Shown: positions 18,070 through 28,597, numbered from the stretch's first letter. The stretch: 64,000 bases of DNA from Elusimicrobiota bacterium (GCA_016208085.1 JACQYT010000030.1:8135-72134), one strand, 5' to 3'. Numbers and translations are program-made. The notes: generated from the sequence alone by a model not told the origin.

Positions 18070-20469
18070 ATGCCGGAAACCGGATTTGTCCATCTTCATA
18101 ATCATTCCGAATATTCGCTTTTTGACGGGCTGCTGCGTTTCACCGACAATTACGGCCGCCCGTCCGGATTTATGCTGGAGCTGGCCGGGCAAAAAAACCC
18201 GGCGCTGGCGCTTACCGATCACGGCAACATGTACGGCGTCCCCGATTTTTATTTTACCGCCGTTAAGCTGGGAATAAAGCCGCTAATCGGCTGCGAGGTG
18301 TGCGTCCAACGCACTCCGATAAAGGATAAATCGGAAGGCTCTCACAAAGGCGCCGGACACCTTACGCTGCTGGCCGCCGACAGCGCCGGCTACTCTAACC
18401 TTTGCCGTCTGGTTTCCCGGAGCTTCCTTGAAGGCTTTAACCACGGTCCCAAAACGGACCTTGAACTGCTTGCGGCGCACAGCAGGGGCCTTATATGCCT
18501 TTCCGGCTGCGCAGCAGGACAATTGCCTCTTTTATGCTCGCAGGGAAGATCTGAGGAAGCTCTTGGCTCGGCTGAGAAGTACGCCGGGATCTTCGGCAAA
18601 AACAATTTCTACCTGGAACTGATGGACAACGGCCTGCCCGCTCAGGCGGCGGCCGTCAAGGGCCTGCTGGAGATTTCCAAAAAACTGAAACTGCCCGTGG
18701 TCGCCACCAACAACTGCCATTACTGGAAGCCCGGGGACTGGGAAGCGCATGACGCGAAGCTGGCCCTGAACACCCGCTCTTTAATTGACGACGCCAGGCG
18801 TTTCCGTTTTACCGGCCGCGAATATTATTTTAAATCCCCCGAAGCCATGGCCAGGTTGTTCGCCCATGCGCCGGCGGCGCTCCGAAACACGCTGGCCATA
18901 GCGGAGCGCTGCGATGTAAAGCTCCCGGCCGGGAAGCCGCGGCTGCCGGAGTTCAGCGTAAAAGGCGGCGCGGACGCTCATTTGAAGACGCTCTGTTCCA
19001 GGGGTCTGGCGGACAGAATAAGGAGGCCTGGAACCGAATATAAAAAACGATTGGAATGGGAACTGAAGACGGTTAAAGAGGCAGGCCTGGCCACCTGCTT
19101 CCTTATAGCAGCGGACCTGCTTAAGCATTTGAGGGCGAAAGGCGTGGCGGCCGGGCCCGGCCGCGGCTCGGCCCCGGGTTCGCTGATTAATTACGCGCTG
19201 GGGATAACCGGCATTGACCCGCTGCCGGCCGGCCTGCTTTTTGAGCGTTTTTTCAGCAGGGAAAGCGGATGTCTGCCTGATGCGGACCTGGAAGACGGCG
19301 GCCGGGAGAAAGCGCTGGCTTACCTGCGCGGGAAGTACGGCGCGGAAAGCGTGACTGAGATTATAACTTTCGGCAGGCGCTCCGGCCGCAAGCTGGTCTG
19401 GGACCTCGGCGCCGCGCTGGGCATGAGCAAAGAAGCGATTTCAAAACTTCACCGGCTTCTGCCGAAGACCGGCGGCAGCCCGGAAATCCCCGGCCTGCCG
19501 GGAATCAAAGAGCTCTGCGCCGATCCAGAAATAAAAAAACTGGCGGAGCTTGCGGACGGGCTGACCGGGACTAAAACAAATACCGGCGCGTACTCGGCCG
19601 GAGTCTTTATAGCCCCGGGCGCGGCGGCGGACTTCGTGCCGCTCGCCAACTGCAACCGCAAGCGCGTCGTCACGACGCAGTACGACGGCGCCGCGCTGAC
19701 GAAGCTGGGTTTCATGAAGATAGATCTGTTGAATCTGCGGGCGATAGGGATAAACAAGGCCGCCGCCGGACGCGTCAAAACGCGCGGCTTCAATCTGGAA
19801 AAAATCCCACCGGACGATGTAAAGGCCTGGACGCTTGTTTCGCACGGGCTGACCACCGGGATCTTCCAATTGGAAAGCGAAGAGCTGAAAAAATACCTGG
19901 TTCAGCTGCAGCCGGGGCGGTTAGAGGACCTTGCCGCCCTGGTGACGCTTTACCGGCCGGGCCCGATACAGAGCGGCCTGATGGACCTGTTCATAGAACG
20001 CAGGAAAGGGAGGAAGGACATCGTTTACCCCCACCCGCTGCTTGAGCCGCTCCTGAAAGAAACTTGCGGGCTTTTTATTTACCAGGAACAGGTCATGAGC
20101 GCGGCGGAAAAACTGGCCGGTTTCAACCCGTGGGAAGCCAAAGATTTCTGCAGGATACTGGGCAAAAAGAGACAGCCGGAGCTGGACGAAGCGCGCGAAC
20201 TGTTCATTGCGGGCGCGAAAAAGAGAAAGACGGCGCGCAAAGACGCGGAGGCGGTATTCGCGCAGCTTGCGGCGTCCGGGAGTTATGTCTTTAACAAGTC
20301 GCACAGCCTGGCTCACACACTTATTTCCTATCAGCAGGCCTGGCTGAAAGCCAATTATCCGCAGGAATTCATGACCGCCCTGCTGGAAAGCGAAAAACCC
20401 CGCGATGCCGAACACAGTAATTACGCGTTATACCTGGCCGAAGCCCGGAAAATAGGCGTGAAAATATAA
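18070..20469 (+). CDS. dnaE: DNA polymerase III alpha-subunit homolog, C-terminally truncated (799 aa)
   Basis: HLHNHSEYS PHP; GPGRGSAPGS; LLFERF; KIDLL; GIFQLES; LYRPGP; FNKSH; ends just before the usual LPPD motif. Confidence 0.85.
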   Translation: MPETGFVHLHNHSEYSLFDGLLRFTDNYGRPSGFMLELAGQKNPALALTDHGNMYGVPDFYFTAVKLGIKPLIGCEVCVQRTPIKDKSEGSHKGAGHLTLLAADSAGYSNLCRLVSRSFLEGFNHGPKTDLELLAAHSRGLICLSGCAAGQLPLLCSQGRSEEALGSAEKYAGIFGKNNFYLELMDNGLPAQAAAVKGLLEISKKLKLPVVATNNCHYWKPGDWEAHDAKLALNTRSLIDDARRFRFTGREYYFKSPEAMARLFAHAPAALRNTLAIAERCDVKLPAGKPRLPEFSVKGGADAHLKTLCSRGLADRIRRPGTEYKKRLEWELKTVKEAGLATCFLIAADLLKHLRAKGVAAGPGRGSAPGSLINYALGITGIDPLPAGLLFERFFSRESGCLPDADLEDGGREKALAYLRGKYGAESVTEIITFGRRSGRKLVWDLGAALGMSKEAISKLHRLLPKTGGSPEIPGLPGIKELCADPEIKKLAELADGLTGTKTNTGAYSAGVFIAPGAAADFVPLANCNRKRVVTTQYDGAALTKLGFMKIDLLNLRAIGINKAAAGRVKTRGFNLEKIPPDDVKAWTLVSHGLTTGIFQLESEELKKYLVQLQPGRLEDLAALVTLYRPGPIQSGLMDLFIERRKGRKDIVYPHPLLEPLLKETCGLFIYQEQVMSAAEKLAGFNPWEAKDFCRILGKKRQPELDEARELFIAGAKKRKTARKDAEAVFAQLAASGSYVFNKSHSLAHTLISYQQAWLKANYPQEFMTALLESEKPRDAEHSNYALYLAEARKIGVKI

Positions 20470-20557
20470 ATATAGGTACAAGGGCCTATCTGCTAATAGG
20501 TCCTTTGGCCCTTGGAGGGTTGACTTTTATCAACTAAAGTATAGCGCCATATAATTT

Positions 20558-21580
20558 ATGGTGGATAAAATGTTAAGGTCAATAATAAGCGCCCTCCTGA
20601 AAGCGGCTGCAGCCGCTTCTTTTCTCTGCTTGTCATTGCTGTCCCCGGTCCTTATCCCCCCGCTTTATGCCGGCGCCGCCTTGGATTCGCTGAATGAAAT
20701 AACTGCGCCGGCCGAATCTCCGGTCGTCCCGTGGCCGCCCGAGCCTCCGGCCGCCGGTCCCGCCGCTTCGGTTTCAGCCGCCCGCGCCTTGAACGTCTAT
20801 TTCATCAGCGTGGGCCAGGGCGACAGCGAATACATCGAACTGCCGAACGGGAAAAATGCGCTTATAGACGGCGGCCCCTCTAAATCCACCGGCTCCCTGC
20901 TGGCCCAATTTCTGGCCCGGCATAACGTGACCAAAATAGATTACGTGGTGCTTAGCCACCCGCACACCGACCATTACACCGGCCTCAACTATGTTTTCAG
21001 CAATTTCACCGTCGGCAATTTCTACGACACCAGGATGGATAACCTCGGCTCCGCCGCTGATAACGCCTTGCGGGACCGGATACGCGGCCTGGGCGTCAAT
21101 GTGAGCTATCCCGCTCCCGGAGACGCCCTTGACTGGGACCCGGACGTGCAGGCCAAAGTCTTTAACAGTTGTCCCGTCTCAACGCAGAGTTTTTCAGGAC
21201 AGGCCGTCAACAATTGTTCCATTGTTATAAAGGCCGCTTATCAGCGTTCTTCCGTCCTCTTTGCCGGCGACATAGAGAACGAGGTTGAATCCGCGCTGGT
21301 TTCCAAATACGGAGGCGAGCTTCAGGCTGACGCCCTTAAAGTCGCTCATCACGGCAGCAGCACCTCCTCCGGCGAAGCTTTTTTGGCCGCCGTGAAACCG
21401 TGCGACGCCTACATCTCGGCGGGCGCGGGAAATAACTACAACCTCCCGGCGGCCGCCGTCCTGGCGCGGCTCTGGGCCGCCGGCGCGACAGTACACCAGA
21501 CCGACATGGACGGCACCCAGGAATTTTCCATCGGCGCGTCCCCGTCCCCGGCCGGGCAGGCTCTCGCTTTTATGCGGTAG
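20558..21580 (+). CDS. Secreted ComEC/Rec2-like metallo-beta-lactamase-fold hydrolase
   Basis: VGQGD; SHPHTDH; NNCS; GD; KVAHHGS. Confidence 0.85.
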   Translation: MVDKMLRSIISALLKAAAAASFLCLSLLSPVLIPPLYAGAALDSLNEITAPAESPVVPWPPEPPAAGPAASVSAARALNVYFISVGQGDSEYIELPNGKNALIDGGPSKSTGSLLAQFLARHNVTKIDYVVLSHPHTDHYTGLNYVFSNFTVGNFYDTRMDNLGSAADNALRDRIRGLGVNVSYPAPGDALDWDPDVQAKVFNSCPVSTQSFSGQAVNNCSIVIKAAYQRSSVLFAGDIENEVESALVSKYGGELQADALKVAHHGSSTSSGEAFLAAVKPCDAYISAGAGNNYNLPAAAVLARLWAAGATVHQTDMDGTQEFSIGASPSPAGQALAFMR

Positions 21581-21587
21581 CATTTGA

Positions 21588-22649
21588 ACCTCCTTAGAAA
21601 AAAAGGATAAGTTAAGGATTTCACAAAAAACAAATGCCGCCCTTTTTGACGGCGCAGCCGACCCGGATAAAGATTTGGGCCCCACTCCATTCGACCGGGC
21701 AGCTGTAATTACCGGCAGAGGCGGCTCGGTCGGCGATTTAAAAAAATCTGACCCGGACATCAAGACATCTCCCATACCGGAGTTCAGCCTGAGCGGCACA
21801 AAACTGTCCGGGAAGACGCCGGGTCAGGCGGCAACAAAGCAGTCTTCCAGCCTGTTGGCGTCCGCCTCATCGGTAAAGTCCCCGGCTGACATCACTGCGT
21901 CCGCGAAAACCGCCGGTTCGGCAACCGCAAAAGCAATGGCTGCTTCCGCCGCTGGAATAGAGCCGGACTATGCCGGATGTTGGTGCTCAGTAGGAGGCAC
22001 GTTTCACGATACAAGCGAAGCATCTAATCTAGCCGCCTGTGAAGCCCTGTGTTGCAAAGAGGAAGGCTTGCTTTGCCCGCCAGACGGCTGCGGGTCATAT
22101 GATCCTAAAAAATTCTGCTGCATAAACGGAAAAGTTGTGGAGAAATTTAAGGCGCCGAAAAAACCGCTGATCGGCGGCATACGCGACTGCAATAACCGGG
22201 TCCAGGCGGTTTCTCCAACAGTTGTAGCGCCCGGAAAAGAAGGTTGTTCGGTTAATAAAGCGATGGAATTTTCCATTAACTTAAAGGAGATGAGGATTTT
22301 CCCGTTGAATATAATAAACAAGAAAACCATAATCATTGATTTTAATAACCCTTTTAATGATCCTAAACTCGCTTTTCGGGGTTCCTGCAATACACACGAT
22401 TGGTGCTATGGGACATGCCGGAAGAACGCAAATGATTTCGCAGATAGAAAAAAATGCGATGACAAGTTGCTTGAGAATTTAAAGGTGGTTTGTGACAATG
22501 CAAAAAAAGATAAGCCAACATGGGATGCATGTTACGAGCTGGCAGGTGATATATATGGCGGTTTAAGACAGAATATTTTTCCTTTTGCAGGACCAGGGTC
22601 TTACAGAGATGCTCAAATCCAGCATTGTAAATGTGATTTATGCCCATAA
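21588..22649 (+). pseudogene. 5'-truncated member of Cys-rich secreted family with phospholipase-A2-like tip (copy C)
   Basis: Open frame from 21588 aligns with copies A/B (FDG..., TG.GG.V.DLK, EFSLSGTKLSG); C-terminal CNTHDWCYGTC...KKCDDKL. Confidence 0.7.
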
Positions 22650-23584
22650 TTCCACTTTTTAGGATGCCTGCCCGGCAAATTCAGATGTCTGCGTTTATTC
22701 GTGGGTCGTTTATTTTTTGTTTTCTCGGCCTTGTTGTTGTTCCATGTTTAATGTGTGCCGAGGATTGGTACAGCCACGACCACATGGCGATGCGGTTAAA
22801 AGAGCTGGAGGACAAAAATCCGGAAGTCCGTTACTCCGCCGCGATATATCTTGGATTGGTCGGTCAGGAATCAAAGGATGATGAACGAAAAGAAGTGATA
22901 TCGGCCTTGAAACGGCATCTTTATGATACTGATAAGTTTGTGCGCTACAGCGCAGCCGGAGCCCTGGCTGGCATAGATACCAGTGTCAAGGAAGTTCTGC
23001 CTATTCTTATCGAGAAACTTAAAGACAAAGATACGAAACCAGATACTGCGGCGTTGGCTCTTCGCCATTTTGGTCCGGAAGCCAAGGAAGCAGTGCCTAT
23101 AATCATTGACCTGATGAAAAAAGAGGGGATAGATTATTCCTGGGGTACACCTATTTCTCATTATGGGGACGTGCTGCGGGACATCGGCACGCCGGAAGCT
23201 CTTGCCGCCATTGAACCGCTGAAACGAAGAGAACTGATAGCGAACGCATTTTATGCGCCGTTCGACCTTTTGCTGCAACCGGTGTTTGCGCTATTGACCA
23301 GTCTGTGTTTTGCGGGACTTTTTTGGCGGAGCCGCGCCCAATACAAAAAAGGGAAAAAGATAAAGTACATGCCGCTTCTTATTCCGGCCCTGAGTTGGGG
23401 ATGCTGGGGGCTGTATGAGGCCTATGAGCATTATGAGCATATGGACAGTTTTGGAGGTACAGTTTTTATCGTCTGCTGGTTTTTATTTTTCGCAACTTTG
23501 GCGGGCGTAATTCCATGGCTGGCAAGCCGGCTGCGGGGGCGGGCGCAGGAAAAATGCAAACCCGCCGGCTCCGCCCCTTCTTAA
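22640..23584 (+). CDS. HEAT-repeat membrane protein (candidate immunity/partner gene)
   Basis: VRYSAA HEAT repeats, N-terminal signal, three C-terminal TM helices; overlaps upstream stop; true start may be a downstream Met. Confidence 0.65.
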   Translation: MPIIPLFRMPARQIQMSAFIRGSFIFCFLGLVVVPCLMCAEDWYSHDHMAMRLKELEDKNPEVRYSAAIYLGLVGQESKDDERKEVISALKRHLYDTDKFVRYSAAGALAGIDTSVKEVLPILIEKLKDKDTKPDTAALALRHFGPEAKEAVPIIIDLMKKEGIDYSWGTPISHYGDVLRDIGTPEALAAIEPLKRRELIANAFYAPFDLLLQPVFALLTSLCFAGLFWRSRAQYKKGKKIKYMPLLIPALSWGCWGLYEAYEHYEHMDSFGGTVFIVCWFLFFATLAGVIPWLASRLRGRAQEKCKPAGSAPS

Positions 23585-23953
23585 ACCTCAACAATTGACC
23601 CCTCCCCGGCTGACGACTCCCCTATTACTATCCAGTTTTGCCCGGGCAGTGTTTTCGCCGGACAGCGGAAGCATTGCCAGAAACCGCGCCGGGTATCCAG
23701 CATTCTTTCCACCTGTCAAGTCATTTAAAAATGTTACCCAAGGAATGACGTCGTCATCGGCTGTTTCTTTTTTGCTTCTTTTTTCTTTTTGTGAATTCAT
23801 GTTGACAAAGTGCATAACTCATCTCGTCTGAAACAACTTATCGTGATACCATTGCTTGCGAAATCGTTTGATTTCAATGTCCCTGAAAGGCTGAAATAAT
23901 GGTTCAAAAGCATTTCCATCAAGAACAAAAGGTTTTGCTAATGGCAAACGTTT

Positions 23954-24076
23954 GATTCATTCGTAAAAAGTTCATTTTGTTTAGAAATTGTAGCGGGCGA
24001 CGTGAGTCGCCTATTGAGCGGACTTACGTCCGCCGCTACAGTTTTGGACCAAAAAACGACTTTTTACGGGAGAATC
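23954..24076. mobile_element. MITE family A copy 2
   Basis: IRs, AACGTT flanking duplication, REP-doublet core. Confidence 0.85.
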
Positions 24077-24377
24077 AAACGTTGTTGATAAATACTTGGC
24101 ACAGATTTCACTTTTGTCTTTGAAGTCAGTGCCAAAATCGCTTCTAATTTCTTGTCCATAATCTTAGATATTTCAAACGGATTAAGACTTTTTCGTAGAT
24201 GATAATATTCTTGTAACCTGGCACGATCACCTAAATTAGATTCAAGCAATCGGTCCAACGGTGTTTTGGCTTGGTCATAAATCCGTTTGATTTTAGAACC
24301 TATCCGAATCTTTTTCAAAAGTTTGACAGATGGTAAAAAGAAATTATTTAAAAGCCTGTGTTCATTCCGGTAAAGTT

Positions 24378-24546
24378 GATTCTCCCGTAAAAAGTCTTTT
24401 TTTATCAAAAATGACCGGTTTTGGTATTTTGCCGGAAATCATACGATTTTGTGTGTTGTTGTCGTAGCGGCGGATGTAAATCCGCTAAAAGGCGACTGAC
24501 GTCGCCCGCTACAATTCATCAAAATCGAACTTTTTACGGGAAAATC
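24378..24546. mobile_element. MITE family A copy 3
   Basis: IRs GATTCTCCCGTAAAAAGT / ACTTTTTACGGGAAAATC, REP core, no target duplication. Confidence 0.8.
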
Positions 24547-25066
24547 ATCATCTTTCTTGTAAGGCCGACTGCGAAAGCGTTTTAACCCTGTTTCTTGACA
24601 GTATCGTTCTAAATGTCAGTTAATATAAATTCTTCTCCATTATCTGAATCTATACCCTTCTGTTCCAATGGCATGGCCTTACGCATCTCATCTAATGCCT
24701 TCACTACCCCGTATGCCACCTTGCCCAAAACTGCTCTGGATTCTACCCAACCGGAAAACAAATCAGTTTCATTAACTGTATAAGCAAACATTCCAGAAGC
24801 ATTAGTGCCTGAATGACTAACTGTATCTATTTCCATCCAGCCAGGTTCTTTTACTTGCCAGGATTCTGTTTGAATAGGAATCCTTTGTCTTAAAAATTTG
24901 CCAGGTTTTGTCTTTCCATAAACCCGTTCGGTAACATTTTACATGAGTTGACAAGGCTTTGTTCGGTAACATTTTAAATGATTTGATTCGTTCCATTTAC
25001 CCCCCGCCTCCTATTTGGTAATATATATATAAGGCTTTACCTAATATTAATCATCCAGTCCAGGCC

Positions 25067-25095
25067 TTGCCCTTCGCTATGGGCCATCCTATAAT
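25067..25095 (+). promoter_or_regulatory. Sigma70-like promoter of ppdK
   Basis: TTGCCC-17 bp-TATAAT followed by AGGAG RBS. Confidence 0.55.
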
Positions 25096-25112
25096 CCAGG
25101 AGCGACATTACT

Positions 25113-27899
25113 ATGCCCAAGTCGGCCACCATCAAAAAACCCGGGACTTCCCATAAATCTATGAAAATCTCAAAGGCGGTATATTTTTTCGGCGGCGGCA
25201 AAGCCGAAGGCAAAGAATCAATGAAAAACCTGCTCGGCGGAAAAGGCGCCAACCTCGCCGAGATGGCCGGCCACCCTGACCTGAAGCTCCCCGTCCCTGC
25301 GGGTTTCACGCTGACCACCGGGGTCTGCACCTATTACTGGGCCAATAAAAGGACCTACCGGAAAACTTTGAAAGAGGATGTGGCGAAGAACCTTCGGAGA
25401 GTGGAAGAGTTGACCGGGAAAAAATTCGGCGGCCCGGCGAACCCGCTGCTGGTTTCAGTGCGCTCCGGCGCCCGCAAATCCATGCCCGGCATGATGGAGA
25501 CGATTTTAAACGTCGGCCTAACCGCGGCGACCATCCCGGGCCTCATCAGGCTGACGAAAAATCCCCGCTTCGTTTACGACGCGTACCGCCGCCTTATCAT
25601 GATGTACTCCGACGTCGTCATGGAAAAGGCCGCCGGCATAGAGCCCGCCGACGACATGGGCATACGCAAACAGCTCGACCGGCTTATGGACGCGATGAAG
25701 CAAAAAAGAGGCGTCAAACAGGACACCGGCCTCTCCGCGGACGACCTTAAAAAGCTGGCCGCGCAGTTCAAAATCAGGGTGAAAGAAGTCCTGGGCAGGG
25801 AATTTCCGGACGACCCGATGGAACAGCTCTGGGGCTCCATAGGCGCTGTGTTCGCGTCCTGGATGGGCGCGCGCGCCGTTAAATATCGCAGGATAGAAGG
25901 CATCCCGGAGGAATGGGGCACGGCCGTCAACGTGCAGGCGATGGTGTTCGGAAACATGGGCAACGATTGCGCCACCGGCGTGGGTTTCACCAGGAACCCC
26001 GGCACCGGCGAGAACGCTTTTTACGGGGAGTTTTTAGTGAACGCGCAGGGCGAGGACGTGGTCGCCGGCATACGCACCCCAAATCCGATAAACGAATTCA
26101 GCCGCAGCGAGCAGTCAAAGAAGCTTAAATCCCTTGAGCGGTTTATGCCGGAGGCTTATAAGGAACTGGCGGAGATTCGCACGAAACTGGAGAAGCATTA
26201 CCGCGACATGCTGGATATAGAATTCACGATAGAAAATAAGAAGCTCTACATGCTGCAGTGCCGCGTCGGCAAAAGGAACGGCCCGGCGGCGGTGCGCATG
26301 GCGCTGGACATGTACAAAGAAAAGCTTGCCACGAAGGAAGAAGCGGTGATGCGGGTAACCCCTTCTCAACTTGACGAACTTCTGCACCCCATTATCGATC
26401 CGAAAGCCGAAGCGGCGACCAAACCGATAGGCAAAGGCCTTCCCGCCGGCCCCGGCGGCGCGCGCGGTATGATAGTTTTCACCGCGGCCGACGCCGTGAA
26501 CCGGCGCAAAGAAGGCAAGGAAGTCATCCTGGTCCGCGAAGAGACCAACCCCGAGGACGTGGAAGGAATGAGGGCGGCCGAAGCCATCCTTACGGCCCGC
26601 GGCGGCATGACCTCTCACGCGGCGCTCGTGGCCCGCGGCTGGGGCAAATGCTGCGTGGTCGGCTGCTCCGGCGTGGAGATAGACCTTAAGACCAAAACCC
26701 TGCATTTAGGCGGAGCAGTCATGAACGAGGGCGATTGGATCTCCCTGAACGGCTCCAAGGGCTTTGTCTATAAGGGCAAGATGGAAATGCTGGACGCCGG
26801 CGAATCCAACAAAATGCTTGACGCTTTCCTGAAACTCTGCAACGCCGTCAGAGCGCTTAAAGTGTGGACCAACGCCGACACCCCGGACGACGCCGCCAAG
26901 GCGCGCAGGTTCGGCGCCGAAGGCATAGGCCTGTTCAGGATAGAACATATGTTCTACGGCAGGGGCGCCGACGAGCCGCTGTTTGAGCTTCGCAAGATGA
27001 TCATGTCAAAGACCCTTGATGAACGCAAGGCCGCCCTCAACGAGCTTTTCCCGCATATAAAGAACGACATCAAGAACACGCTGAAGGTCATGGAAGGCCT
27101 GCACGTGACCATCCGCCTGATGGACCCTCCGTTGCACGAATTCGTGCCGCACCAGCAAGAGAAGCTCCAAGACCTCGCGAGAAGCCTCAACATTTCTTAC
27201 GACGAACTCCAGACCAGGGCGTGCGCGCTGCGCGAATCCAACCCGATGATGGGACACAGGGGCGTGCGGCTCGGCATCACCTACCCTGAGATAACCGAGA
27301 CGCAAACCCGGGCCATTTTCGAGGCCGCCGCCGAACTCCAGAAGGAAGGCATAAAAGTCCACCCGGAGATAATGATACCGGTGGTGGGCACAGAGACCGA
27401 GACAGACCACCAGGCCGCCATCATAAAACAGGTTTACGCCGAGGTCCTTGAGCGCAAGGGAGTAAAGGAAATAAAGCACAGCGTCGGCACCATGATAGAG
27501 ATCCCGCGCGCCTGTCTGCTGGCCGGCAAACTGGCCGAGCATATGCAGTTTTTCTCGTTCGGCACCAACGACCTCACCCAGATGACCTTCGGCTACTCCC
27601 GCGACGACTCCGGTTGTTTCCTGAAGGAATACATCGAGAAGAACCTCCTGAGCGCCGATCCGTTCCAGACCATAGACCAGTCCGGCGTGGGCGAACTGAT
27701 AAAAATGACCGTGGACCGGGGCAGGAAAACAAGGCCGGACCTCAAGATCGGCATCTGCGGAGAGCATGGCGGCGACCCGGCCAGCGTGGACTTCTGCCAC
27801 CGGGCGGGCCTGAACTACGTTTCCTGCTCGCCGTTCAGGGTGCCGATAGCCATACTTTCGGCGGCCCAGGCCCAGTTGAAGCACCCGAGGAAGAAATAG
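25113..27899 (+). CDS. ppdK: Pyruvate, phosphate dikinase
   Basis: LLGGKGANL; SVRSGA; GGMTSHAA; FSFGTNDLTQ; GICGEHGGDP. Confidence 0.97.
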   Translation: MPKSATIKKPGTSHKSMKISKAVYFFGGGKAEGKESMKNLLGGKGANLAEMAGHPDLKLPVPAGFTLTTGVCTYYWANKRTYRKTLKEDVAKNLRRVEELTGKKFGGPANPLLVSVRSGARKSMPGMMETILNVGLTAATIPGLIRLTKNPRFVYDAYRRLIMMYSDVVMEKAAGIEPADDMGIRKQLDRLMDAMKQKRGVKQDTGLSADDLKKLAAQFKIRVKEVLGREFPDDPMEQLWGSIGAVFASWMGARAVKYRRIEGIPEEWGTAVNVQAMVFGNMGNDCATGVGFTRNPGTGENAFYGEFLVNAQGEDVVAGIRTPNPINEFSRSEQSKKLKSLERFMPEAYKELAEIRTKLEKHYRDMLDIEFTIENKKLYMLQCRVGKRNGPAAVRMALDMYKEKLATKEEAVMRVTPSQLDELLHPIIDPKAEAATKPIGKGLPAGPGGARGMIVFTAADAVNRRKEGKEVILVREETNPEDVEGMRAAEAILTARGGMTSHAALVARGWGKCCVVGCSGVEIDLKTKTLHLGGAVMNEGDWISLNGSKGFVYKGKMEMLDAGESNKMLDAFLKLCNAVRALKVWTNADTPDDAAKARRFGAEGIGLFRIEHMFYGRGADEPLFELRKMIMSKTLDERKAALNELFPHIKNDIKNTLKVMEGLHVTIRLMDPPLHEFVPHQQEKLQDLARSLNISYDELQTRACALRESNPMMGHRGVRLGITYPEITETQTRAIFEAAAELQKEGIKVHPEIMIPVVGTETETDHQAAIIKQVYAEVLERKGVKEIKHSVGTMIEIPRACLLAGKLAEHMQFFSFGTNDLTQMTFGYSRDDSGCFLKEYIEKNLLSADPFQTIDQSGVGELIKMTVDRGRKTRPDLKIGICGEHGGDPASVDFCHRAGLNYVSCSPFRVPIAILSAAQAQLKHPRKK

Positions 27900-27964
27900 A
27901 GGCGCGGCAATTTGGAGGCGCAGCGACTTCTACGCATCTACGCGTCCGCGCATCTGTTTTTAAT

Positions 27965-28597
27965 GTGAAAGAAGCTGATTACGCTTATTTCCCGATGGTT
28001 ATTGCCGCCCCTTCAGGGGGCGGCAAGACCGCCGTCCGCGCGAAACTGCTTGAATGCGATAAAAGGTTCCGTTTCAGCATCACCTGCACCACCCGGCCCA
28101 GCCGGGCGGGAGAAGCGGACGGCAGGGATTATTATTTCGTCACGGCCGCGCGGTTCAGCGCCCTGCGCAGGAACGGAAAACTTCTTGAATGGGCGAAAGT
28201 GCACGGCAACCTCTACGGCACGCCGATATCTTCGGTCGCGAAACTTCTCCAAAAGGGTTTCATCCCGGTGATGACCATAGACGTAAAGGGCGCCAGGTCG
28301 GTTAAACGGATCTTCCCGGAAACGGTAACGGTGTTCCTGCTCCCGCCGGACCTCTCTACGCTGACGGCGCGGCTTAAAAAAAGGCGCGAATCCCCGGAGA
28401 ACATCAGGATACGGCTGCGGACCGCGCGCAATGAGATAAAGGAAGCGGAATTCTTCGACTATCTGGTGATAAACGACCTGCTAGGCGAGGCGGCGGCCGG
28501 CATAAGGAAGATAGCCGATATTGAATGCCTGAAAGTCTCCCGCAGGCGGGCCGAGATACGGAAATTCAGCCGGGAGCTTGCGAAATTAAGACTATAG
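27965..28597 (+). CDS. gmk: Guanylate kinase
   Basis: APSGGGKT; TTRPSRAGE.DGRDYYF; VHGNLYGT; start GTG 27965 (or ATG 27995). Confidence 0.93.
   Translation: MKEADYAYFPMVIAAPSGGGKTAVRAKLLECDKRFRFSITCTTRPSRAGEADGRDYYFVTAARFSALRRNGKLLEWAKVHGNLYGTPISSVAKLLQKGFIPVMTIDVKGARSVKRIFPETVTVFLLPPDLSTLTARLKKRRESPENIRIRLRTARNEIKEAEFFDYLVINDLLGEAAAGIRKIADIECLKVSRRRAEIRKFSRELAKLRL

Larger units (their letters stand above)
23714..24953 (-). mobile_element. Decayed IS with rve/DDE transposase pseudogene, interrupted by two MITEs
   Basis: Ends TGTCAAGTCATTTAAAAATGTTACCCAA / TTCGGTAACATTTTACATGAGTTGACA (further copy 24961-24986); fragments PGWMEIDTVSH, IDSDNGEEF, RSRPYKKD, KTPLDRLL. Confidence 0.8.

Noticed and set aside
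20270-20469. Split-intein explanation for the short DnaE
   Set aside because: The known cyanobacterial split site region (YxFNKSH) is continuous and no intein N-terminal sequence follows.
27614-27964. N-terminal extension of gmk in the ORF track
   Set aside because: Overlaps ppdK in another frame; kinase motifs start only after 27965.
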